A stretch of 64,000 nucleotides of DNA from a bacterium (lineage in GTDB: Bacteria; UBA8248; JACPRG01; G963555815): positions 800,001 through 864,000 of the forward strand of contig CAUVWX020000001.1 in assembly GCA_963555815.3 (NCBI GenBank), in the 5' to 3' direction. A program made the position numbers and the translations under genes. The stretch's first letter is position 1; every line of letters starts with the position of its first letter. Below, in pieces: positions 18,390-29,393 of this stretch. The notes beneath the pieces are model-generated. The model had not been told where the DNA came from. It searched no databases and was given only the letters and a program-made list of their open reading frames with translations.

Positions 18390-20129
18390 TCAGAGGACCT
18401 CCAACTCCGCCAGCAGACGCTGACGCTCAAAGAGTTCAGCGTAGAGTCCCCCTTTGGCCAAGAGGACGTCGTGAGTCCCTTCCTCCTCCACTCTTCCGTC
18501 TTTGAGGACGATGATTCGGTCCATCTCCCGCATGGCCGTGAGGTTGTGGGAGATGAAGAGGGTGGTCAGGCCCCGGCCATGGCGCCGAAGCTCGGCAAGG
18601 AGGCCGACGGCGGTGCTGGAGTCCAGGTTGGAGAGGCCGTCGTCCATGATGAGAATGCTGTGGCGGCCAATGATTCCCCGGGCGATGGTGGTCCGCTGCC
18701 GTTGTCCAGTGGAGAGTGTGATCCCCCGCTCACCCAGTATTGTGTCGAATCCCTGCGGGAATCGTTCAACCTCTCTGGCGAAATAGGCTTGGTCGGCCGC
18801 TTCCCGAATGTCGGAAAAGGGGGGGTCCTCATCCCCGAAAGCGATGTTCTGAGAAATGGTCCTCGAGAAGAGAAATGTCTCCTGGGGGATGAAGCCGATC
18901 CCCTCCCGAAGCACCCTGAGGGGGATCTGGTGGATCTCAATCCCGTCGAGGAAGATGTGGTCCTTGGGAACTGCAAGGAGGCGGGGAAGAAGACGAACCA
19001 GTGTGGACTTCCCAGAGCCCACCGGCCCCACGAGGGCAACCCATTCGCCCGGCCGGATGTGAAGGTTGACCCCCTTCAGGATCGGTCCTGCGCCGTCATA
19101 GGCGTAGTGCAGGTCTCGAATCTCGATCTCCCCCTTGAGGTGCCGGGCGGGGGCAGAGGCGAGAGACCCACTCGCATCGGAGACGTCGGGCATTTCGCCG
19201 AGGATCCCCTGGAGGCGCCTCCAGGCCGTCAGACCTCTCTGAAAGAGGTTCAAGATCCAGCCAAGGGCTGTGGTGGGCCAAAGGAGCATGGCGAGATAGC
19301 TGTTGAAGGCGACAAAGGCTCCAAGGGTCATCTCGCCCGAAATGACCTTGAGTCCCCCGGCCCACAGGACGATGAGGCCCCCGATCCCTCCCATCAGGGA
19401 CATGAGGCCAAAGAGGTAGCTCCTCCCACGGGCGTGGATGGAGTTGATGCGAAGGTAGCGGTCATTGAGTTGGTCGAACTGACGCCTTTCGGCCTCTTCC
19501 TGGACAAAGGCCTTGACCACCATCATCCCGCTCAGGTTCTCTTGGACCTGTGTGCTGATAGCGCCGAGGGTCTCCTGGGTTTTCTGGGAGAGAGTGTGAA
19601 GTCGGGCAAAGAGTCCCCGCATCCCCACGAACCAAAGGGGATAGAGGATCAGGGCGTAGAGGGTCAGGCGGGGGCTCAGAAGGACCATGGCCGAGACGAC
19701 AAAGGCAAAGACGACGACGGTATTGAGGCCGTTGGTCAGCCCCGGGCCCAGGAGCATCCGGACGTCATTCAGGTCGTGCGTCGCCCGGGACATGATCTCC
19801 CCCGTCGGCGTCCGAAGATAAAAAGTTCTGGAGAGACCCTGGAGATGGCGAAAGAGGAGGTTTCGAAGGTCATACTCCACGCGGCGGCTCGTCCCCAGGA
19901 GGAGCCAGCGCGAATAGATCCTGGTGAGCCCGCGACCCAGGGCGGCGGCGGCCATGAGCCCTGCTGGGAGGAGAAGATGTGCCGCCCCAGGGGACTCCTT
20001 TAGGGCTTCAATGGCCCCTTTGAGGAGCCATGGGATGAGGATTCCAAGAGCGCTGGAGACAAGGAGGAGAAAGAACCCTGCCGAGAGATTTAGGCGGTAC
20101 TTCCACAGAAAGGGCCAGAGCTTTCGCAT
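18390..20129 (-). CDS. ABC exporter TMD-NBD subunit (MdlA/YheI-like), degenerate Walker B
   Basis: GPVGSGKST, LSTGQRQR, ILIMDDGLS (D replaces catalytic E). Confidence 0.92.
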   Translation of the reverse strand: MRKLWPFLWKYRLNLSAGFFLLLVSSALGILIPWLLKGAIEALKESPGAAHLLLPAGLMAAAALGRGLTRIYSRWLLLGTSRRVEYDLRNLLFRHLQGLSRTFYLRTPTGEIMSRATHDLNDVRMLLGPGLTNGLNTVVVFAFVVSAMVLLSPRLTLYALILYPLWFVGMRGLFARLHTLSQKTQETLGAISTQVQENLSGMMVVKAFVQEEAERRQFDQLNDRYLRINSIHARGRSYLFGLMSLMGGIGGLIVLWAGGLKVISGEMTLGAFVAFNSYLAMLLWPTTALGWILNLFQRGLTAWRRLQGILGEMPDVSDASGSLASAPARHLKGEIEIRDLHYAYDGAGPILKGVNLHIRPGEWVALVGPVGSGKSTLVRLLPRLLAVPKDHIFLDGIEIHQIPLRVLREGIGFIPQETFLFSRTISQNIAFGDEDPPFSDIREAADQAYFAREVERFPQGFDTILGERGITLSTGQRQRTTIARGIIGRHSILIMDDGLSNLDSSTAVGLLAELRRHGRGLTTLFISHNLTAMREMDRIIVLKDGRVEEEGTHDVLLAKGGLYAELFERQRLLAELEVL

Positions 20130-20194
20130 CTCAGTCCAGAGTTTTGAGGGGCTGTCACCGGGGCAAAAGAATAACCGATCCCCGGAACCCCTGC

Positions 20195-20890
20195 CTATTT
20201 GGGGGACGTCCAGTGTTTGACGGCGTCCAGCACTTCACGGGTTTTTTCCTCCGGGTCTCTAGAGCTTAAGATAAAAGAGATCAACGCGACACCGTAGGCC
20301 CCGACGTCGAGGGCCCCCGCTGCATTTCCTGCTGTCACGCCTCCAAGGGCGAAAACTGGGATTTCTATCTTTTTGCACACCCCCTCGAGTCCTTCCAAGC
20401 CAAGGAGGTTCGGAGACGAAACTGTCTCTGGGGGAGAGGTGGTCCCCTGTGGCGGAGGGTTTTTGCCGTACTTCCGGCCCGGGAAGATGGGGCTCAGGGT
20501 CACGAAGTCCGCCCCCATGGCCTGGACCATTCGAGCCTCCTCGACACTGTGGGCAGAGTAGCCGATGAGCGCCCTGTTGCCCAGGATGGCCCGGGCGTTT
20601 TGAACGGGGAGCCCGGCCTTTCCCAGATGGACCCCCGCCGCCCCAACAGCGGTCGCCGCATCTACACAGTCGTTGATGAGAAGACGGCCCTGATAGCTGT
20701 CGACCAAGGCCTTGACGGACTCTGCAAGCCGGTAGATCTCTCCTCCCAAAAGATCCTTCTCCCGGAGCTGGATGAGGTCTGCCCCTCCTCGAAGGGCCCC
20801 CTCCAGGGCCGAAAGCAGGTCCCCCCCGGGGACAAGAGCCCGCTCCGTGATGAGATAAAGTCGGCCCAGGGGTTTCTTTTTCTTTCGCAT
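20195..20890 (-). CDS. thiE: Thiamine phosphate synthase (ThiE/TenI family)
   Basis: LYLIT, IQLREK, LIND, GVHLG, IGYSAHS, PVFALGG; could be a TenI-like paralog. Confidence 0.8.
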   Translation of the reverse strand: MRKKKKPLGRLYLITERALVPGGDLLSALEGALRGGADLIQLREKDLLGGEIYRLAESVKALVDSYQGRLLINDCVDAATAVGAAGVHLGKAGLPVQNARAILGNRALIGYSAHSVEEARMVQAMGADFVTLSPIFPGRKYGKNPPPQGTTSPPETVSSPNLLGLEGLEGVCKKIEIPVFALGGVTAGNAAGALDVGAYGVALISFILSSRDPEEKTREVLDAVKHWTSPK

Positions 20891-21030
20891 CAAGGTGCCT
20901 TGGAAGACAGGAAAGGAGGCTTAAATGAAAAATGTTCTTTGAAGATCTGCCCGCAGACTTACATGACGCTTATCGCCCTGGGGTAACCCTTTAGACTTTA
21001 AAGAAAGAGGGCCGACGGCTTCTTTCGGGC

Positions 21031-21816
21031 CTAGGAATTGGAGGCCCCAATAACGCCCTCGAGCGGGCTTGAGGCGGAGGCGTAAAGCTTTTTGGGGATC
21101 CGGCCCGCTTCGTAGGCCAGCCGGCCCGCCTCAACAGCAAGTCGCATGGCTCTTGCCATCTTGAGGGGGTCCTTGGCCCCTGCGATGCCGGTGTTCATCA
21201 GGACGGCGGTAGCGCCCATCTCGATGGCGATGGCGGCATCCGAGGCGGTCCCGACTCCGGCGTCCACGATGACGGGGACATGGGCCTGCTCCAGGATGAT
21301 TTGGAGGTTGTAGGGGTTTTGGAGCCCAAGGCCAGAGCCGATGGGGGCGGCAAGCGGCATGACGGCCGGGCAGCCCATCTCTTCTAGCTTCTTGCAGGTG
21401 ATTGGGTCATCGTTCGTGTAGGGGAGAACGACAAAGCCTTCGTCCACTAGGGTTTTTGTGGCCCGAAGGAGTCCTTCATTATCGGGGAAGAGGGTCTTTT
21501 CGTCGCCGATGACCTCAAGCTTGATGAGGTCTGTCCCGAGGGCCTCTCGGGCGAGACGGCTGGTCAGGATGGCCTCCTCGGCGGTGTAACAGCCGGCCGT
21601 ATTGGGAAGGAGTGTGATGCGATCCCGGTCGATGTAGTCCAGAAGAGATTCCTTTCCCGGGTCGTTCAGGCTGATCCGGCGGATGGCCACGGTCACGATC
21701 TCAGCCCCACTCTCCTCAATAGCCCGCCGGGTCTCTTCAAAGGAAGAATATTTGCCTGTCCCCACGATGAGTCTCGAGGTAAAGGTCCTGCCGCCAAGCT
21801 CATAGGTGGAACTCAT
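21031..21816 (-). CDS. thiG: Thiazole synthase
   Basis: [42 protein letters not shown]. Confidence 0.97.
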   Translation of the reverse strand: MSSTYELGGRTFTSRLIVGTGKYSSFEETRRAIEESGAEIVTVAIRRISLNDPGKESLLDYIDRDRITLLPNTAGCYTAEEAILTSRLAREALGTDLIKLEVIGDEKTLFPDNEGLLRATKTLVDEGFVVLPYTNDDPITCKKLEEMGCPAVMPLAAPIGSGLGLQNPYNLQIILEQAHVPVIVDAGVGTASDAAIAIEMGATAVLMNTGIAGAKDPLKMARAMRLAVEAGRLAYEAGRIPKKLYASASSPLEGVIGASNS

Positions 21817-21909
21817 GATTTGCTCCTTCCGGGGACTTCCCGCAGAGTGGCGAGCCGGTTCTGCCCCCAAAACCGCCGGGCCTTTTCGGCGGACGCCAGC
21901 GCGTCATGC

Positions 21910-22143
21910 TCAGCTGGCCCCCCCCCCGACCGCGTGTATGATCTCAATCTGGTCCCCCTCCTCAAGGGTTGCCGAGGAGTAGTCAGAACGCGGAATGATG
22001 GCCTGATTACGAGCGACGGCCACACTAGATCCCTTCACACCGAGAAGATCAAGAAGCTCCTCTACGGAGAGATCTGACACTACGCGCCGTTCTTCCCCGT
22101 TCACCGAGACCGTGATTTTCCGCTCACTTTTCACCGCGCACAT
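21910..22143 (-). CDS. thiS: Sulfur carrier protein ThiS (start uncertain; ends GGGAS)
   Basis: VNGE, VAVARNQAIIPR, LEEGDQIEIIHAVGGG. Confidence 0.88.
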   Translation of the reverse strand: MCAVKSERKITVSVNGEERRVVSDLSVEELLDLLGVKGSSVAVARNQAIIPRSDYSSATLEEGDQIEIIHAVGGGAS

Positions 22144-22180
22144 AAAAAAAACCGCCTGTTCAGATTTGGAACAAGCGGTT
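22144..22180 (-). terminator. Intrinsic terminator of the TPP riboswitch expression platform
   Basis: AACCGCTTGTTC-loop-GAACAGGCGGTT followed by a T run on the minus strand. Confidence 0.8.
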
Positions 22181-22237
22181 GAAGGATCTGGCCCCCTTGA
22201 AGCCCTCGAAAGGGCCCCGGCTCGGCCAGCCGATTTC

Positions 22238-22321
22238 AACCGCTTCCCTACGCTGGCATTGCCCAGGTCAGGTTCAAAGGGTTGTCGGGAACCGACTCTC
22301 AGTCAGCCACCCCTAGCGGTT
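22238..22321 (-). promoter_or_regulatory. TPP riboswitch
   Basis: GGGGTG..CTGAGA..ACCCTTTGAACCTGA..GGGCAATGCCAGCGTAGGGA; P1 AACCGCT/AGCGGTT; directly upstream of thiS-thiG. Confidence 0.93.
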
Positions 22322-22489
22322 CTTTTAAATAATATAGCCGCCACCTAGGCGATAGGCAAGACCTTTCATGACACGAGAAGGTGCCTGGGATAGCCCCCCC
22401 ACTACCCACGCGGCAAATCTGTAAGGCCAGAGGCTTGGAGTTCGGTGCGCGTTAGGATGAAGGAGAAGGGAATGGTTTGGGAGGGAGAA

Positions 22490-25310
22490 TCAACCCTCAC
22501 TCTCGCACAGGTAGATGTGGTTGGACTCAGTCTCATCCACCCATTCCGTAAAGAAGTTCGGCATCACGCCGTTCGCTACGCTGCGAAGCTCATCCAGGAC
22601 TGCGCCGTCGGTCTTGCCCCCCAACGCCAGGGCTCGTGCATTCGCGGTGCAAGAAAACCCCTCCGAAACGTTCCCCAGACTCGGGTCATAGCCGAGACTG
22701 CGAAGTTCGGAGAGCAGCTCTTGCAGCTTTGCCTCGAAACGATTCTCATAAACAATCAAGATATTAATGGCCCCTCGGACCTCCGGATCAACGGACCCGA
22801 GCCGCTGGAACCCCTCGCCCACCCTACTCAGGATCATGTTGCCACCGCCGAGAAAGTCCGACCACTCCCAGTCCAGGGTGATGGAGCCACCATCCGAGGA
22901 AAGTTCCCCGTTAAAAGTCCCCGTGTCCAAGAGACGGTCCGGCCCATGCTTTCGAAGGAGGCTGCAGTCGTCCACGACACTCTCACCAGAGGATGTCGTG
23001 AACGTCACCGACCCATCTTCGTGGACAGTCCCCTCCAGGGGTTGACGGCCCTCTGCGTGCCTGACCCGGCCGTCCGGCGCCCCGCCACAACGCTCACTGG
23101 TAATTTCGTCGACCCAATGGTTTTCAGACGGTAGGGTGCCTACCGAATGGGTCGTCATGGATCCGCGAAGAGTGCTCCCGTCTGCTTGGAGCACCAGAGT
23201 GAGGGTCCTTTCCGAAGGGAAGGGAGTCCCACCGTCGGTCTTGTCCTGGCCAGTCCTGACTGTCGTCCACACCCCTTCTACCCTCGAAACCGTCCTCTCG
23301 GGCCGCAGGCTGACCCTACGCTCGGACTCCACGGCACTCAGGATTATGCTGTCGCCGCCGAGGAATTCCACCCACGTCCAATTTAGAGTGAGAGAGAGAT
23401 CGTCTGGAGAAAGCTCCCCACTATAGGTCCCTGTGGGTTGAATGGAATCTACCCCCCCTGAGCGCAGAAGACCGCACTCGTCCGAGAGGATTGCACCAGA
23501 GACCGTCGTGAACGTCACTGACCCATCTTCGTGGACGGTCCCCTCCAGGGGTTGACGGCTCTCTGCGGTCCTGACTCGACCGTCCGGCCCCACGCCACAA
23601 CGCTCACTGGTGACCTGGTCGACCCAATAGTTGTCTAAGGGAAGTGTGTCCACCTCACCTGCCACCAGGGCTCCTTGGACAGTCTGTCCCTCCACTTGAA
23701 GCGTCAGGGTAAGGGTCCTCTGCGTCGGGTAGGAAACGCCTTGATCGGTCTGCCACTCGCCCGTCCTCTCCGTCGTCCACACCCCTTCTACCCTCGAAAA
23801 CCCCCTCTCGCGCCGCAGGCGGGTATCCAGAGTCTCCTGCTCCTCAGGCCTTTCTCGTTCGATTCTGGCCAGGCGCCGTCGCTCGGCCTCCGCCCGTTCA
23901 GCGGTGTCGACAGCTGCCAGGCGGTCTATGGCCTCGCGGTCCTCGGGGAAGATGGTGAGTATCTTGTTGTAGTTCTGCCGAGCCCGCTCAAAATTGCCCC
24001 GCTCAAAGTCCTGCTCGCCCCACCCACGATAAATCTCCGCCATCTCCTGAAGCTTATCGAGCGCCCGAATGTTGCTCGGGTCCAGCCTCAGGGCCTCCTG
24101 AAGCGTCTCATGCGCATTGTCCCCAGCGGGCGTCGTGTAGCGCCGGCGTGAAAACTGAGAATCCGCCCGGTTCAAGAGCGCAACAAGCTTGTCGCCCTCG
24201 TCCCTTCGGGGAGGGCCCGGCCTCAGATCGGTCCGGCTCGCCAAAACCCCGTCTCGAGCAAGACGATACACAGGGGGGGGCCAGACGACCGTCGGCCAGC
24301 TGGCGCGCCAGGGGAAGAAGCCCCCGCTCACGGTCCGACCGAAACGCACCCTCCAAAACCCGCTTCGCCTCCTCATACTCATGCCCCGTGATGTTCCCCC
24401 CCTCAAGCAGCTCAGCCAAACGCCCCACCCGATCCCGGTCGGACGGGTCAGCGTGCTGCCGCCTCTCGACAGGCCCGGGCACGGAAAAGACAAACTGCCC
24501 CACACCCTGCATGGTCCCAAAGAAGGGCGTCTGTCGGCCTTGAGAGGCGGCCGTCACCCGACCCTGCACAAAGGCCGCAAGCTCCTCGGCCGTCAGGACG
24601 CCGTCCCGGGGGCTCACGTCCGCCTCACCATCCAGCCCCTCAAGAAGCCTTCGGGTAAAGAGCCCGTGACCCGCCTCCTCCCCCACCGGCTGGTCACGCT
24701 CACCAGCCGTCAGGATCTGACGAAGCCGACCCCGCGTGAGATGGTCCACGTCCACCCCCACCCCAGGCCTCTGCGTGACCACCACGCTCCGAGCCGCCAT
24801 CAAACCAGAGTAGCAAGCGTCCACCGCAAAGAAGACGTGCTTGGCAGGAAGCTCAAGCGAGAGGCTCTGGACCTCGCGCATCGGAATCCCGGTCTCGACA
24901 ATCCGATCCTTGTCCCCGTCCACAGGAAGGAGATAGCCCATCTCCCCTCCTCCCGGGAGGTCCCTCGTCAACCCATGACCAGCATAAAAGACAAAGACTC
25001 GGTCCTCTTCCTTCGTCTTACGAGACAGCTTCCCAAAGGCCGCCCGAATGGCCTGGGCCGTCGCCTCCTCATCCAAAAGTAAAATGATCTCAGAAAAACC
25101 AAGCTTAAGAAGGGACTCCTTCATGCTGTTGGCATCGTTCACGGCATAGTTGAGCCTCGGGGCACCGCCCTTATAAGCGTTAATCCCAACCACGATCGCA
25201 TAGGAGTCGCCATACGGGCTTGACACCTGCGCTCGGGCCACCCCGGACATAGAAAACAAGAAGGTGAAAATGAAAGACGCCACCCAGACGAAAGTTCGAG
25301 TAGCTTTCAT
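22490..25310 (-). pseudogene. Secreted caspase-like (peptidase C14) + TPR + 2x170-aa repeat protein, split by a +1 frameshift in a C8 tract (24273-24280)
   Basis: Signal peptide ending ARA-Q; FYAGHG and VDACYSG dyad; removing one C joins ORF 25310 to ORF 22490 as LAPP-VYRLARDG (939 aa). Confidence 0.8.
22815..23798 (-). repeat. Two intragenic repeats with 510-bp period
   Basis: SRVEGVWTT..SERCG..RQPLEGTVHEDGSVTFTT..FLGG twice; GTCCACACCCCTTCTACCCTCGAAA at 23265 and 23775. Confidence 0.9.
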
Positions 25311-25531
25311 GACGTCTATTTCCCCTTAAAAGGAGTCTCCCTAAAGTGAAATCTCTGTGAAGAAAATTTAAGAGAAAATGTCAATTAAATCAAGCCTCCC
25401 TTAGCCTTCCAGGGGCCCCGCAGCACAAGGAAACCCCTTTTTTCTCTATCCCCTGAGTAGGTCAACAGGACCCATGGGAGAATAATTCCCTTGATACCCC
25501 AATATCGCCACGCGTCAAGACAAGGTGTGGA

Positions 25532-26086
25532 TCACATCCTCGGCAGGGTCACCCCCTTCTGCGACTGGTATTTCCCTTTTTTGTCCTGATAGGAGACCAT
25601 GCACTCCTCGTCGCTCTCAAAGAAGAGGACCTGTGCAATACCCTCATTGGCATAGATTTTCGCCGGGAGGGGCGTTGTGTTTGAAACCTCGAGCGTCGCA
25701 TAGCCCTCCCATTCGGGCTCAAATGGGGTCACATTCACAATGATGCCGCAGCGGGCGTAAGTGGATTTCCCAACGCAAATCGTCAATACCATTCTTGGAA
25801 TTCGAAAGTATTCGACGGTTCGCCCAAGGCAGAAAGAATTCGGGGGGATGATGCAGGAATCTCCCGTGCGTTCTATCAGAGAGCCCTCATCAAAGGCTTT
25901 TGGGTCCACAATGGCGCTATTGACGTTAGTGAAGATCTTGAATTCGTTGGCAATCCGGATATCGTACCCATAGGAGGAAAGACCGAAGGAGACGACCCCT
26001 TCTCGGATTTGCTTCTCCTCAAATGGCTCTATCATCCGGTGCTTAAGAGCCATCTCCTTGATCCAGCGGTCACTTTTGATGCTCAT
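25532..26086 (-). CDS. dcd: dCTP deaminase
   Basis: [37 protein letters not shown]. Confidence 0.96.
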   Translation of the reverse strand: MSIKSDRWIKEMALKHRMIEPFEEKQIREGVVSFGLSSYGYDIRIANEFKIFTNVNSAIVDPKAFDEGSLIERTGDSCIIPPNSFCLGRTVEYFRIPRMVLTICVGKSTYARCGIIVNVTPFEPEWEGYATLEVSNTTPLPAKIYANEGIAQVLFFESDEECMVSYQDKKGKYQSQKGVTLPRM

Positions 26087-27461
26087 AAGAAACTCCTCTT
26101 TTGATCTCTCCCGCCAATCGGGCCTCATCCCCCAGAGCCAGCTCCGCCGCGTGTCGGCCGCTCTGGACGGCACCCTCAATGGTGGCCGGAAGGCCCGTGT
26201 CTGTCCAGTCACCGGCTAGGTAGAGGTTTGCAACGGCGGTGCGCGCCCCCGGCCGCCTCTTCTCCACTTCGAGCCGAGGGGAGAAGGTGGCGTGCTTCTC
26301 TTTGACGACGACGGCGTGGCTAAGCCCGGCCTTCCGCGCCGCGGGAACGACCCGGCGAAGGTCCCGGAGGCCCATCTCGATAAGCTCCTCCTTGTTCTTC
26401 TCCACGTGGGCCGACGCCCCGCTCATGACGAGGGCAAGATATTGGCCGGGCCGGTCATAACCCTGAAAGAGCAAGCTCTTATTAAAGAGCCATTGCCACT
26501 CAGTGTCTAGCAGAGCCGCAAAGGGTCGGTCGGTGACGGGGCGGTCGAGCCAGAGATTGACGGAGATGATGGGTGAGGAAGGAATCCCTCGGCAAGGCTG
26601 AAGGGAAGGAACCTTCTTCAGAAGTTCATCGTCCAGGAGGGCCTCCAGGGAATGGTGGTCCACCGCCAGAATGAAGATTTCCGCTGAGAGTTTTTCGCCG
26701 TGGGCCAGCTCGACCGCTTTCACTCGGTCCCCCTGGAAATGAAAGCTCCTGATCCGGCTTCCCAGACGGACCTCTCCCTGATGGCCCTCGATGAATCTCC
26801 TCGCGTTCTCGACATAAAGTTGGCTCAATCCCACCCTGGAGATCCCGATTCGCGAGCCTTTCCTTGGGCCAAAGAAGCCCCGGCGAAGGACGGCCTCCAG
26901 GAGCTTGGCCGAAGCCAACCGGGGGACCTCGTTGAGGGCGGAGATGGCGATGACGTTCCAAAAATTCCTCTGCGCTCGCTCCGTCTGGCCGAGGGTTTTT
27001 AGCCACTCTTCCACCGTGAGCCCTTCGCTCGAATGTCTTTGTCCATCCCGGCCCCAAGCGAGGCTCCGGGCGAGTCGCCACATCCTCGCCTTATCCCCAA
27101 GACCCAGGCTCTTTAGCCTGAACGCCCCGGCGAAAAGGTGCCAGGGGCTCGGCAACCTCGGACACCGAAGCGAGGTATGTCCTTCTTGTTCCCCAAAAAA
27201 GTCTACCCGGAGGTCATCCTGAAAGGAGAGCTTTTCGAAGCTTCCGATCTGTCTTAGGAAGCGGAAGGTCTCGGTGAAGGTGCCCATAAAGAGGTGCTGC
27301 CCATTGTCCACCACGTCCTCGGTCTTCGGATCTGTGTAGGAGTATGCCCTTCCGCCCAACCTGCCTCGGCCCTCCACCAAGAGGATTTTTGCCCCTTGAG
27401 AGGCCAGCTCGCAGGCACAGGAGAGACCGGCGAAGCCGCCTCCGATAACGATGGCCCTCAT
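26070..27461 (-). CDS. hpnE: Hydroxysqualene dehydroxylase (FAD-dependent)
   Basis: [40 protein letters not shown]; follows hpnD. Confidence 0.92.
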   Translation of the reverse strand: MRAIVIGGGFAGLSCACELASQGAKILLVEGRGRLGGRAYSYTDPKTEDVVDNGQHLFMGTFTETFRFLRQIGSFEKLSFQDDLRVDFFGEQEGHTSLRCPRLPSPWHLFAGAFRLKSLGLGDKARMWRLARSLAWGRDGQRHSSEGLTVEEWLKTLGQTERAQRNFWNVIAISALNEVPRLASAKLLEAVLRRGFFGPRKGSRIGISRVGLSQLYVENARRFIEGHQGEVRLGSRIRSFHFQGDRVKAVELAHGEKLSAEIFILAVDHHSLEALLDDELLKKVPSLQPCRGIPSSPIISVNLWLDRPVTDRPFAALLDTEWQWLFNKSLLFQGYDRPGQYLALVMSGASAHVEKNKEELIEMGLRDLRRVVPAARKAGLSHAVVVKEKHATFSPRLEVEKRRPGARTAVANLYLAGDWTDTGLPATIEGAVQSGRHAAELALGDEARLAGEIKRGVSYEHQK

Positions 27462-28366
27462 CGTTTGACGCGGCGAAGAGGGCCCTTCCCTAGAGGCACC
27501 CGGGGTCCTGCTGACAATCGGTAGTCCTTCCAGACCTTCAGGGCGATGTAGAGCTTTTGATATCTCGGGAGGGCGATCGGGCGGTTGAAGACGTCATAAT
27601 GCAGTCCTTCAATCCTCCCCAAGAGGGCGCGGTAGATGGCGCACATGATCTGGGCGGCGATGAGGTTTGGCCGATCCTCTGACGCGATGGCCGCCGAGGC
27701 CATGCGATAGTAGCCCTGGGCCCGCTGGGACTCAAAGGCCATGAGGGAAATGAAGCGGTCATCGTACTGGCCCCGAAGGAGCTCTTGCTCCGAATAACCG
27801 AAGCGGTCGAGATCATCCAGGGGGAGATAGATCCTCCCCCGCTCGGCATCTGTCTTGAGGTCCCGCAAGATATTGGTGAGTTGAAGCGCCACCCCCAGCT
27901 TCTCGGCGTACACCTTAGCCTGGGGGGTTTGGTAGCCGAAGACCTCGATGCACATCAGGCCGACGACAGAGGCCACGTGGTAGCAGTAGGTGTAAAGCTC
28001 CTCGAAGGTGCGGTAGCGCGTCTTGTGGAGGTCCATCTCGACCCCGTCGATGAGGGCGTCCAGGTACTCGCGGGGGATCGAGAACCGATGGACGCACTCT
28101 GAAAGCTTGACCGAGATGGGGTGGCGGGGGCCGCCGTTGAAGATTCGGTCCACCTCCTCGCGCCAGTCGCCAAGGCGCTCGGCGCTGCTGTGGGGGTCTG
28201 GCTCCTGGTCTGCAATGTCGTCCACGGCCCGACAAAAGGCGTAGACCGAATAGATGGCCTCGCGTTGCTCTTTGGGCAGAAAGAGGAAGGAGTAATAAAA
28301 GTTCGAGCGGCTCCGCTTGGCGATCCCCTTGCAATATTTAAGTGAGGTAGAGCGTCTGGGAATCAT
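27458..28366 (-). CDS. hpnD: Presqualene diphosphate synthase
   Basis: SNFYYSFLFLP, YAFCRAVDDIAD, LQLTNILRD, GRIYLP. Confidence 0.92.
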   Translation of the reverse strand: MIPRRSTSLKYCKGIAKRSRSNFYYSFLFLPKEQREAIYSVYAFCRAVDDIADQEPDPHSSAERLGDWREEVDRIFNGGPRHPISVKLSECVHRFSIPREYLDALIDGVEMDLHKTRYRTFEELYTYCYHVASVVGLMCIEVFGYQTPQAKVYAEKLGVALQLTNILRDLKTDAERGRIYLPLDDLDRFGYSEQELLRGQYDDRFISLMAFESQRAQGYYRMASAAIASEDRPNLIAAQIMCAIYRALLGRIEGLHYDVFNRPIALPRYQKLYIALKVWKDYRLSAGPRVPLGKGPLRRVKR

Positions 28367-28367
28367 C

Positions 28368-29336
28368 TCAGCGGAATTTCGGCCCGAAGGCCGAACGGGC
28401 CAGAACGGAAATTTTATCCCAAAGGTTCAACGTGGGCCGGTGCCCGAAGACGTCAAACTGGCAAGTCTCCACGCGACGGAGGATCCGGGTCCCCCCCAGC
28501 CAGGTGAGGCGCATCTCAAACCGAAGGTTTTTAGACACCCGGCTCAAGAGGGGACGGCCCCGCTCAAAGAGGTCCCAGGTCCGCTCCGCCTCAAGACCCA
28601 TCAGCTTCACGAAGGCGCTGTTGTAGGTCCTTGAGAAAAGGTCCTGCTCTGAGTAGTCAAATTGGGCCATATCCACCTGAGGCAGATAGATCCGGTTTTT
28701 TTTCCGGTCCACGTCCACGTCCTGCCAGAAGTTGGTGAGTTGGAGGGCCGTGCAGATGGAGTCGGAGAGGGTGTGGAGCTCCGGGTCGCGACAGTTGAAG
28801 ATATAGAGGACCAGCTGGCCCACGGGGTTGGCCGAGTGGCGGCAATAGAAGAGGAGGTCCTCGAAGGTTTTATGGCGGTTTTGGGTCGCATCCATACGGT
28901 AGGCCTGAAGGAGGGCCCGAAGTGGCTCGATGGGGATGCCAAACTTGACCACGGTCTCCCGAAGGGCGATGAAGACGGGATGGCTTACCTCCCCCTGATA
29001 GCACTTCCCCAGGAGCTCGTCCCATTCGTCCAGGAGCGGCAGGCGGGCCTCTTTGAACCTGGCCTCGTCGGCGAAGTCGTCGGCCGTCCTTGCGAAACCG
29101 TAGATGGCGTGGACATAGGGCCGTTTCTCCCGGGCGATGAAACGGGAGCCCACGGGAAAGTTTTCATAGTGGGTGGTGGCCATAGCGGTGCAATAGGCGA
29201 ACGAGGACTCCAGGTCCCAGGCTTTTTGCGGTCCGGCCGGCGAGGGCGGAGGAGTCACCGCGGCTCGGCGGATCTCCACCAAGGTTTCGGGGGCAGGGGG
29301 GGCGGTTTCGATGGGAGGCACCGCCTTAGCGTTCAT
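28368..29336 (-). CDS. hpnC: Hydroxysqualene synthase
   Basis: HYENFPVGS, FARTADDFADE, YCRHSANPVG, LQLTNFWQD. Confidence 0.93.
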   Translation of the reverse strand: MNAKAVPPIETAPPAPETLVEIRRAAVTPPPSPAGPQKAWDLESSFAYCTAMATTHYENFPVGSRFIAREKRPYVHAIYGFARTADDFADEARFKEARLPLLDEWDELLGKCYQGEVSHPVFIALRETVVKFGIPIEPLRALLQAYRMDATQNRHKTFEDLLFYCRHSANPVGQLVLYIFNCRDPELHTLSDSICTALQLTNFWQDVDVDRKKNRIYLPQVDMAQFDYSEQDLFSRTYNSAFVKLMGLEAERTWDLFERGRPLLSRVSKNLRFEMRLTWLGGTRILRRVETCQFDVFGHRPTLNLWDKISVLARSAFGPKFR

Positions 29337-29393
29337 AGGGGGAGTTTTGATAATCTCCAGAGCTTTAACCCTTAAAGTACCTGGCGTCTCTTG

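Noticed and set aside
16665..20003. Long antisense ORFs (472 and 510 aa; likewise 9553-10836, 43678-45117 and others)
   Set aside because: Shadow frames opposite well-supported genes in GC-rich DNA, with no recognisable motifs.
21813..21930. ThiS-ThiG fusion through frameshift at the G10 tract
   Set aside because: The thiG frame has a TGA between the tract and the thiG start.
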